The notes under the pieces were generated by a model. The model had not been told where the DNA came from. It ran no database searches and was given only the letters and a program-made list of their open reading frames with translations. The position numbers and the translations under genes are program-made. A stretch of 64,000 bases of DNA from Acidobacteriota bacterium (GTDB taxonomy: Bacteria; Acidobacteriota; UBA890; WLXD01), in the NCBI GenBank assembly GCA_965205505.1, contig CBDBHB010000007.1, positions 480,001 to 544,000 on the forward strand, given 5' to 3'. Shown piece by piece: positions 19,806 to 28,947 of this stretch (its first letter is position 1; each line of letters starts with the position of its first letter).

Positions 19806-21555
19806 TCATTGGAGTGCTTCCTTCAGGTGCGCCTTCAAATGGAAGCGCTCCTCGCGTTCTTCGATCAGGACCTGGTGCACCAGGAACCGGAGGGTGTCGC
19901 GCGTCTCTGCGAGGCTGGCGCCGGTCCCGGCCGCAGCCTGGTGGGCGGTTATGCCGGCAGGGTCCGTTGCGCGGTTCAGGACCGCGGCCTGGGCCTCGGT
20001 GAGTTGCACGCCGAGCTTGCCCTTCCACACCTCGTCATAGGCGTTCCGAACCTCTCTCCAGTCCAAGGTGATCGTGAAGCTGTTCCCGTCGCGGTCCGAG
20101 TCGAGGGCTGACGGGCGCCGGCTCGCCTGGCGCCAGGCGTACTGCAGCGCTCGGATGCCACTGCCTGCCAGCTCCGCAAAGCCGATCAGACGAAGCGCCC
20201 GGGCGATGAGGGGACTACGAGCCTGGCTCTTGCCTCCATCGGCTATGTGCTCCTCCGTAACGAGGCTGTACCCGGTATTGAAGAACACAGCTTTGTTCGC
20301 GCTGAGTTCGACCTGTGCAGCCGCGCTCTGATCTGAGTAATCCTGATGAATCAACTGATTGACGAGCGCCTCTCGTATGGCGATGTAGTCGGCACTGCCG
20401 CTCGTCCGGGTCAGATCGTTGACCTCGGCGGCGTCGAGTCCCACGTGCTTGGCGAAGAACTCGATGCCGACGTTCAGCATATCGAGAATGTTCTTGCTGC
20501 CGCTGACGCGTTCATCCCAGCGAGCCCCGGGCTCGGAGATCGCCCGAAAGTCGCTCATCTCTCGGCCGAGCGCTCTTCGCACGGCCTGCTCAGTTCCAAA
20601 CAGCAGCATCAACTGCAGGAGTTCGTCCCGCGACAGTCCGCTAGACCGTCCGTCAAGCAATCCAGCCGTTATGCGTTCCGGCGCAGACGTCGAACTCTCA
20701 CCAGGCAATCTTCGGGCATACCACTCGAGCGTCTCGCTGGAATAGCTGTCCCAAGGCGCCACGCCCTCGGAGTCCTTGCCGGCAGATTCGCGAACTCGTC
20801 GCTCCTCCGCCCAAGACTGCGGCAGGTTGGAACCATCGACCAAGCAGACGTCGTCGAGAGGAAGCAGCTCGCCCGCCAAAATGGCCATCAGTGCGGCGTG
20901 ATCTTCATGCCCTTCCTCAACCACATGTGACTCCTGCGTCTTGAAACGCAGGTGGCCACGTTTCACAGCATCCAGAAACGCCAACCGGTACGCGCACTGT
21001 TGGTGGATCAGGGCGAAGAGGCCTGGGGGCAACAACAGTGCGTGGTCACCGACCGCCACATAGGATAGGGTACGCTGGGTTCCAGCGCGGTCGAGAGTCG
21101 CAGCTGGTCCGGGATTGGGTCGGGACTCTCACCCATCAGGAGCAGCCGCTGCGCGACCAGCGTCTTCTTCTTGTCGATGCTCACGTTCTCGAGCACGAAG
21201 AGGGGTAGCGCCAAGATACGCTCCAGGGCGCCGAGGGCATCCAGAAGGTGCCGCTCCGGGTCCTCCTCCGCGAGGAGGGTCGCCGCCCGGGCTTCTTGCA
21301 TTGTGGCGAGGTCGTGTCCCAGATGGTTGCGCAGCGCCAACAGCGCGACCAACGGACCGTCCGCGGGACCCCGCGAACGCTGGCCGCGTTTCCCGCGCGC
21401 CCGAAATGGCTCGAGGTAGGTTTCGAGAGGATGTTTCTGGATCTTCGCCACTGCCTGAACCGTGCTAAGGAAGGTCCCGAAAGACAGTTCGCCATCCAGC
21501 GGCTGGACCGTCTCGGGAAATGCCGCGTTGCACCGGCCGGCGCGGTAATCGAGGA
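19806..21555 (-). pseudogene. BREX-inserted gene: RxxxxH (HEPN-like) region, HATPase_c_4-like domain and wHTH; 5' truncated, frameshift near 21065
   Basis: [10 protein letters not shown] (21314-21331); AIREALVNQLIHQDY..FFNTG..RSPLIARALRLIGFAELAGSGI; stop overlaps the pglXI ATG. Confidence 0.6.
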
Positions 21556-23976
21556 GAACTGTTCGACGGAGCCGGCAACGAGCTTCTTGCCGGGGATGCT
21601 GAGCACCAGCGATCCGCTGTGGACCAGGGCGGCCAAGACTACCGCCAGGAACTCGGGCTCCAGCCGAAAGCGAGTCCAGTAGTCGATTCCATTGTCGTCT
21701 TGCACCAGTTCTGCACGGTTGAGCACCTGGCCCTTCTTCTTCTTGGCCAGCAGGTCGAGCACATGGGCCGCATAGCGAGACTGCCGCGGCTGGAGTTGGT
21801 CGCCATCGAGCAGATTCAAGGCATCGAGAACGGCCGTGCCCTGCTTGCTCTTGATGCCCCCGGCTATCCATCTAAGGGCTTCGCTCGCTGCTTGCTCCCG
21901 ATTGCGTCGGGTGATCAGCACGCTAAAAGTCGGGTAGTCGGGGCTGTTGTTCTCGAACTGCGGCGCAAGGCAGACTGAGCCGGCGATGTTGACCAGGTCG
22001 CGCACGGACGCGTGGCTCAGGCCGCCGGCCACTTTGCCTTGAATCACCTCCTGCAATGTCTTGGCGCGCCCCTCGTACGTGACTTCGAAAGCGGTCGCCA
22101 TGTGTTCGCGCATCCACTTGGTCAGCTCCCGCAGGTGGTCGGTGGCCTTCTGCTCGTAGATGCGCTTGTTCTCACCCGACGCCGTGGCCGCTTGCTCGCG
22201 CGCCCCGGCGTAGAGCTTGAGGTGGGTGTCAAGGTCATCGTCGCGCTGCTTGAGCTTGAAGAACACTTCGTCGGGCCGCTTCCCGTCCTTGTAGTAAGGC
22301 GCGTCGTGAGGCTGGAGGAAGTAGAGATAGAAGTCCCTCGGAGGCTGCGCTGTGGAACGCTCGTTGGGCGCACCGAAGAAGAGGTAGCCGCTGCGCTCTG
22401 TCTTGCGCTCGCGCCACTCCACCTCGTGCTCCCAGATCTTGTAACCGGACACGTAGGTCTCGTCGGCGGCCTCCATGACCCGCGTAAGCGCGGTGAAGTA
22501 GTGGCGGTCGAGCTGACCGGCGCTCAAGGTGTCGGCCTTCTTGGCGATGATGGAGTCGAAGTCGACGTCCTTCTTCAGGTCCAGGTAGTACTGGTTGTTC
22601 TCCTTGTTCACCGTAATGAACTGCCCGCTCACGGTGCGGAGGATCTCCACCAGCGCTTTCTCTACCAGGGTCGCCAGGAAGGCGGCGTCCTTCTCCGGGG
22701 TGGGCAAGATCAGGCACAGGTCGTCGCGCAGCTCCTCAGGAGTGGCCCCGAGCGGCGCGAAGATGTCACCAGTCGTGAGCCGGTGGACCGAGAGCGCATG
22801 GATGATGCGCAAGGCGACGCCCTTGTACCGAGGCTGGGTGTAGGCCTGCTGGATTCGGTCCTCGAGCACCTTGCTCTTGTCGATGACCTCCTTGATGTCG
22901 GGTACCGAACGGAACGACGGGTTGCTCTGGAGATTGGCCCAATAGCTGTCGTACGAAACGAGCCCCGGCTCGCTGCTAAGGAACGTCGCTGGCGATCACG
23001 CCGCGGATGGCGGCGCTTAGGGTCTTGAGCACTTCGCGTTTTTCCGCCACGTAGACCTTCTCGAAGGTGTCCAGGTAGGCGGGATGCACCGGGAAGAGTT
23101 CGACGAATTTGTCTAACTGCTCGTTCATCGATCCATAGAGCGGCGCGAACTGGGTCAAGTGCTCGCGTATCTTTCCCGCCTGCTCGGGAGTCTTCTTGAG
23201 CAGCCGCTGGGAGACCACGTAAGCGACGTCTTCTCGGGCGATGCGGACCTGGTCGAAGCGGTCTTTGACGCGCCGCAGGGTCTCGGCCACGAACTGAAAG
23301 CGCTGGTTGTCGAAGAGACTCTCCTGCACGCCGGAGATGAAGCGGAAGCGTGTCGACTTGCAGATCTCGCCCACCTCGCGGAGGAAGTTGAGGTCGAGGA
23401 TGAGTTCCTGCTCCTTGCGGGTGCGGAGGTAGTCGAGCAGCTCGTCAAGAACCAGCAGCAGGCCCTGCTTTGGGTGCGCCTCCTCGAAGGCAGCCATCAT
23501 CTCGACGAAGCAGTCTTGTTGTTGGTGACCTCGCTCGCCAGCGGGAACTGGTAGTCCACCCCCATCTCTCCGAGCCTCTCCTCGATGCTCTGGCAGATGA
23601 TGTCCCGCAGGGTCATCGTGGTGGACCCGATCTCGGCGCGTAGAACTTTGAAGCGTCCCGCGATGCTGTCTGCCTTTTTTGCCACCGATTCGTTGGTGGC
23701 TGCGGCCGCCAATTCCGTGTGTTCGGCAATGGCGGAGATCAGCGCCATCAAGTGCGACTTACCAGTGCCGTAATTCCCGACAATCAGCAAGCCCTTGTTG
23801 TCGGCGGGCTTGTCGAACTGAAGCTGTTGGAACACGAGGCCGGTGAGCAGTTCGGCCATGCGGTCGGAAATGACGAAGGTCTCCACTAGGCGCCTGGCGT
23901 CGCTCGCCTCGTCCGCTTCTCGAAGCTGGATGACAGACTCGATGGGCTCGAACTGGATGAGATCTTCGTACTTCAT
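21545..23976 (-). pseudogene. brxC: BREX-3 ATPase BrxC/PglY (DUF6079-like), frameshifted and 3' truncated
   Basis: [37 protein letters not shown]; 1-bp shifts near 23515 and 22978; recognisable sequence stops near 21550. Confidence 0.88.
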
Positions 23977-24485
23977 TCCGACTCCCTATTACCTGTGAGT
24001 GCTTTCGCGCCGGGTACATCCAGGGTGGGCACAATGACTATGCCTGGTTTGTGGTACCGCCTGAACTCGGGGTGAGTCGGGTCGGCGTATGTCAGGCTGT
24101 CGCCCTCGTACACACCCGCCCAGGCAGAGATCACGGTCCGATTGCGGGCGAGCCCCTGCAGCAGCCGAAGCGGATCCTGTTTGAGTTCAGGGCTGAAGAG
24201 CACTTCGATGTTGTCGAGGATCAGTACGTCGCTGCCATGCTCCTTGGCCGCATGGCCGAGAAGGCGCGGTAGTCTGAGTGCACGCTGTCTCGACGTCAGC
24301 TCCAGCATGCGCCCCGAGAGCGAGAGGTTGACGTTGAGCAGTGGCCAGGACCGCTCGTCGGCAAGTTCACGCAGGGACGTCGTCTTGCCCGTGCGCGGGG
24401 GCCCGACGACCAGGATCAAGCGGTGGTAGAGCACGGCAGCCGCAGGAACCTGTTCCGCGATCCGGCGTGATAGTGTCCGTACCAA
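23973..24485 (-). CDS. brxF: BREX-3 P-loop protein BrxF
   Basis: [41 protein letters not shown]; stop overlaps the brxC ATG. Confidence 0.92.
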   Translation of the reverse strand: MVRTLSRRIAEQVPAAAVLYHRLILVVGPPRTGKTTSLRELADERSWPLLNVNLSLSGRMLELTSRQRALRLPRLLGHAAKEHGSDVLILDNIEVLFSPELKQDPLRLLQGLARNRTVISAWAGVYEGDSLTYADPTHPEFRRYHKPGIVIVPTLDVPGAKALTGNRESE

Positions 24486-24544
24486 CTACTTTTCCTCGGG
24501 AATTGTCAGAGTTCGAACCAGAAGCCGTATGGTGACGCGATCGA

Positions 24545-27500
24545 TCATGGTGAACCTAGCTCGTGCGCGCTAGCGCCGCTGCGCGCCACAACCTTCTCCA
24601 GATCGACCCAGATCGCCTTGGCCGTGTAGTTCTCGACCTCGTATTCGTCTGGCCGGCAGGTGAATACCAGGATCTGGGACTTGTCAGCGCAGCGATAAAT
24701 CAATTCGGCGAGACGGCTCATGCGGCCGATGTCGCTGTGGACGAGTTGGTCGTCGAGGACGACGGCGGTCTCGAGGGCCTCGGCGATGGTGAGGCGGAGT
24801 AGGGTGGCGAGCTGGTCTCGGGTGCCGATTGACAGTGACGTCTGGTCGCGGGCGGCTCCTGCCAGGGTGAGCCGGGTGCCGTCGAGATGCGGGCCTACTG
24901 AGACGGTGTCGTAGCGGCCCTGGGTGAGAGCGGCGACTCGTTCTTCGATAGGCCTCACGACCGCATCCCCGAGGTGAACGGCGTCCTCGCTCTCGGCAAC
25001 TCTCAGCGTTTCCAGGAGAAGCTGCCATGAGGAGTACTCGATCTCGGTCAGGTGCTCGAGATCGCTGATCGACTCGACGGCTTCCTCCGCTCGATCGAGC
25101 CTGTCCTGGATGTACTGCCCGCCCACCGTCTCCAGGGCGCCCTCGCGTTTACTCCGCTCGCTCTCGAGATCGCGGACGGCGTTGGTGGCTCGCTGCACCA
25201 GCTCGCGCGCGGCCGCGAGTTTCTCGTCGTCGACTTCTACCGTGGGTCGCGGCAGCTTCTCGAGCGTCTCGCGTTGCTCGGCTGCGAGAAGCTCTGCGGC
25301 TGGCAGGTCGTCGGCGTCGGCTCGTGATTTGCGCTCGTCGAGTTGTGCGACGAGCGTTGTGACCGCCGACTGGGCCTTCGATACAGTTTCGGTCTTCTCT
25401 TCGAGGTCCTGCCGCGCCTGGTCGGCCCGAGTCCGGGTGACCTCTTGCCTCTCACGAGCCGCATCGATCGTTGCACTCGCGCTCGTGCCCATCTTCTTCA
25501 GTTCCGCCTCGAGCAAGCCACGGTCCGACGTGATCTTGGCGAGCGTGCCCTCGGTGCCGGCGAGAACGTCCTGAAATGGGCCGCTCAGCCTCCCATCGGC
25601 CGTTTTGCAGTCTCGACGCTGGGCTTGGAGTTCGCGGTTGGCGGAGTCGAGGGTGCTCTCGTCCCGTGTTACCTGTGTTCGCAGTGCACCGGCCTGGTCG
25701 TTTCGCGTCGCGATGCTCTGCTCGAGAGCCTGTCTCTTCTTCTCGGTGGCTTCGGGGTCGCCGGCAGCAGCAGCCTCCTCGAGCACGCGCTCGACGGGGT
25801 CGCCAGCCGCCAGCTTCGCGTCGAGCTGCGCCCGCGCTTCTCGTTCGGACCGCTCTGCCACGGCAAGGCGCGCCTCGGCATCGCCGGCTCCCCGGGCCTG
25901 GGCTTCTGCCTGGTCTGCCTCCGCGTCCAGGGCGGCGACCTTGCCGAGGTCTTTGATCGCTCGCTCGGAGGCCTTCACCAGTTGTCCGAACGACTTGACC
26001 TTGGCAGCGCGAAGCAGGGGAGCCACCGCGTGGTCCCAGCGCTGCCGCATCTCCTGTGCTTCCTGGAGCAGGGCCGCGCTCCCGCCCGTGACCTCTACCT
26101 CGGCGATTCCCGCGAGCTCGACTCGGAGGTGTCCTTCGGCCTCGAACGTCTTCGCGTTCGCCAGATGGTGGTCGTTGGGCTCGGCCGAGTCTGCGGTAAC
26201 AAATACGTCCAGCGGTTTCTTCGGCACGATGCGCAAGGAGAGGCCAACCTGAAGTTTGCCCTCGGCAATCTGCAGCGAATGTAGTTGCTCCCCCAGCTCG
26301 TTCAGTGCTTTCTCGTCGGGGAGAGCCAGTGCTTCGATTCGCGAGCGGATGATCTTGGCTTTCTGTTTTGCGGCCGCCGCCTCGTCGCGGAGCTTGGCAA
26401 CGGACTCGGTGTCCGCGCGCGCCGTGGTCAGGTCCTCGACGGCAGCCGCCAGAGTACCGGCAAGCTCCAGTTGTTCGAGCTTGGCCAAGGCGACCTGGTC
26501 GGCAGTAGTCTGGGTCTCGGCCTGTTGCAGGAGATCACGGGCGTCCTTCAGCTGCTTCTCGCCCGCCGTGACCCCGCTGGCCAGCTCGTCGGCCTTGCGG
26601 TGCGCCACAGCGGCCAGGTTCCCGAGCTCGAGCTCCCGCTCACCGTCCTTCCTGGCCGCGTCGAGAGCGAGCAGCTTCTTCTCGAGCTCCTGCTGCTGGA
26701 TCTTCCGTTTCTGCTCGGCGCTGCCGCTTTCGAGCTCTTCCAGGAGCTTGGCCGCAGCACTGGCTTGCGCCTCGGCAGTGGTGAGCTCGGTCTTGGCTGC
26801 TGTCGCCGCGGCATTGGCATCATCGAGTGCGGCCTGCGCAGTCTTGAGGGCGGCCCCGGTTTCCTCGACAGCCGTGTAGTAGGCGTGCACCCGATCGCGG
26901 GTCTTCTCCGCCTCGGCCAAGAGGTTTGCCGCGGCGGTGAGGGCCTCGTTCTGTCGATAGGCCTCCTGCAGCAGCTGGCTCGCCGCCTCGGCCTCCGCCT
27001 GCTGGATTCTCGCTACTGCGATCTCCTCCGCGATCTCCTCGACTGCCGCACCTACGGAGAGACTGTCGTTCACGAGCTTGCGCGCGGCTTCCTGCTCATC
27101 CCGAGCGAGCTTCAGGCGGTTCTGGATGTCGGTCCAGGGCGAACCCTTGCTCCGCTTCTGCCTTCCCTTGGGGGTATAGGCCTCATCAACCTTCACCTGA
27201 GCGGCCGCGAGCACGCGTCGGAACTCGGGGCTCTCGGCCATGGCCTGCAGCGCCTGCGTGAGCCGTTGCTTGCCCGACTCGTCCGGATCCCCGTCGAGGC
27301 CGCGTTCGAGCACGGCTTCCACTTCGTCTTGGGTGCCGATAAGAGCCGTGGTGAGGAAGGTCTCCGGCCAGCCGTGCTTACCGCCCTGGCCGCCTCCTGG
27401 TTGCTTGATGCCCCACTCCAGGAGCTTGCGTACTTGCCCGTCAACGTCCGCAGCCTTGGCCTCGAGGGCGAAGCTCTCGCCGTCCTTCGAGAACTCCAGG

Positions 27501-27790
27501 AGGCTCGAACCGTCGGCCCCCGAGCCGAAGCTCTTCTTAATGCGGTAGATGCGCTGTGGCTCCGTCTCGAAGGTCAGCTCCACGCGCGGCGGCTGGTCGT
27601 CATGCCAGTCGACGAGGTTGCGATGGGCGGCGCTGCTGACGGGCAACAGCAATGCTGCGCGAATGGCCTGCACGAGCGTCGACTTGCCCAGCTCGTTGGG
27701 GCCGTACAGAACGTTCAGTCCCTGGTCGAGCTTGATGTCGGCGTGCTTGATGCCCGCGAACGAGCGCACCACGAGGCGCCGCAACCACAC
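24545..27790 (-). CDS. Rad50/SbcC/YhaN-like SMC ATPase
   Basis: GPNELGKST, long coiled coil, LSIGTRDQL signature, VVLDDQLVHSD; no CxxC. Confidence 0.9.
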   Translation of the reverse strand: MWLRRLVVRSFAGIKHADIKLDQGLNVLYGPNELGKSTLVQAIRAALLLPVSSAAHRNLVDWHDDQPPRVELTFETEPQRIYRIKKSFGSGADGSSLLEFSKDGESFALEAKAADVDGQVRKLLEWGIKQPGGGQGGKHGWPETFLTTALIGTQDEVEAVLERGLDGDPDESGKQRLTQALQAMAESPEFRRVLAAAQVKVDEAYTPKGRQKRSKGSPWTDIQNRLKLARDEQEAARKLVNDSLSVGAAVEEIAEEIAVARIQQAEAEAASQLLQEAYRQNEALTAAANLLAEAEKTRDRVHAYYTAVEETGAALKTAQAALDDANAAATAAKTELTTAEAQASAAAKLLEELESGSAEQKRKIQQQELEKKLLALDAARKDGERELELGNLAAVAHRKADELASGVTAGEKQLKDARDLLQQAETQTTADQVALAKLEQLELAGTLAAAVEDLTTARADTESVAKLRDEAAAAKQKAKIIRSRIEALALPDEKALNELGEQLHSLQIAEGKLQVGLSLRIVPKKPLDVFVTADSAEPNDHHLANAKTFEAEGHLRVELAGIAEVEVTGGSAALLQEAQEMRQRWDHAVAPLLRAAKVKSFGQLVKASERAIKDLGKVAALDAEADQAEAQARGAGDAEARLAVAERSEREARAQLDAKLAAGDPVERVLEEAAAAGDPEATEKKRQALEQSIATRNDQAGALRTQVTRDESTLDSANRELQAQRRDCKTADGRLSGPFQDVLAGTEGTLAKITSDRGLLEAELKKMGTSASATIDAARERQEVTRTRADQARQDLEEKTETVSKAQSAVTTLVAQLDERKSRADADDLPAAELLAAEQRETLEKLPRPTVEVDDEKLAAARELVQRATNAVRDLESERSKREGALETVGGQYIQDRLDRAEEAVESISDLEHLTEIEYSSWQLLLETLRVAESEDAVHLGDAVVRPIEERVAALTQGRYDTVSVGPHLDGTRLTLAGAARDQTSLSIGTRDQLATLLRLTIAEALETAVVLDDQLVHSDIGRMSRLAELIYRCADKSQILVFTCRPDEYEVENYTAKAIWVDLEKVVARSGASAHELGSP

Positions 27791-27793
27791 TGG

Positions 27794-28947
27794 CTACCGT
27801 CCCCTTCATGAGCTGGAAGAGGTGGTGCAGGGCTCGCTCGGCTCGCTCGGGTTTCCTGGTGGGCAGTTTCGACCAGTCGATCGATGGTCGACTTGAGGAC
27901 GGGGGGAAGGTCGTCGGGGAAGTCCTTCTGCCCGGGGGGCTCCAGGCGCAGTCCGGTTCGGTCCGCGAGCATGACGCCCACTCGGGGATGCGCGGCGAAC
28001 GAGCCTTGCAGCTCGTTGAGGATCGCCCCGGCTTCGTCATACTCGGTAATGGGCAGACGCATCTCAATCTGGATTTTCAGCACGCACTTGCGCAGTGAGT
28101 CATCGGCGCGCAGCGCCCTCAGCTCCTCGATGGAGCGGCAGGTCTGCTCGCGCCACTGCCACTCGCCCACTCGATGTGATTCGACGATGGCCCGGCGACG
28201 CCGATCGCGCGGGAAGAAGGTCAGGGCAACGTGGCCGGCGTCGGTTTCCCCGAACGTGGCCGGCTCGGGCGCGCCCGGATACACAGTGGGAACCGGCGCA
28301 TCGGGTTGGACGTCGCGGAAGCCGTGCGTGTCACCGATGGCGAGGTAATCGAGACCGCGTTGCTGCGCAGCGTCACGCGCGATGGGGAAATTCGTCTGGT
28401 GCCCCTCAATGTCGAAGGTCTGGCCGTGAACGAGGCCGATGCGGATGCGCTCGTCGCCGGGCGCACGGGCTGGAAGCTGCAACGCCGGGTCGTTCTGCCC
28501 GGCGTGAGAGGTGCAAGGCACCGCATAGAGCACGACGTTATCGGCGAGCTCGAGCTCGAAGTCCGGACGATCGACCACGTGCACGAACGGAGGCAGTCCT
28601 CGGCGGAAAGCGTGCCCCGGCTCATAAACAGATCCTGGAACCAGCGGGTCGTGGTTGCCGGGAAGCAGGGCCACCGGACGGGTCCACTTGCGCTTGGCGA
28701 GGTCCTCGACCACGGCCCTCCACCACTGCGAGTCCGGAGCGTACTCGTCGAATAGGTCGCCGGCGCAGAGCACTGCATCCACGCGGCGGCTCTCGGCCAG
28801 GTCGAGGATCCTGGTCACGACCTCGCGTCGAGCACGCGTAAGCTTTTGCTCGTCCTGCTCCGGGAACCTCGGGAAACGACGCCCGAGATGCCAGTCGGCC
28901 GTGTGCAGCAGTGAAAAGGCCACGTCGGGTGCCTCCGGTTTGCTCAT
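27794..28947 (-). CDS. Mre11/SbcD-like metallophosphoesterase nuclease (3' end frameshifted, end approximate)
   Basis: HTADWHLG, AGDLFD, PGNHD, LVHG, GDTH; ATG overlaps the SNF2 stop. Confidence 0.9.

Larger units (their letters stand above)
15759..19809 (-). pseudogene. pglXI: BREX-3 DNA methyltransferase PglXI, disrupted
   Basis: YHTKVPH, LDGFAGTGMTG, DYVFVDPPFG, RWYVPDP. Interrupted by IS3 (18034-19205), an in-frame TAG at 16963-16965 and frameshifts near 17165 and 16270. Confidence 0.9.

Noticed and set aside
25343-27811. Long plus-strand ORFs opposite the SMC gene (and similar antisense ORFs elsewhere)
   Set aside because: Shadow frames expected in high-GC coding DNA; no motifs.
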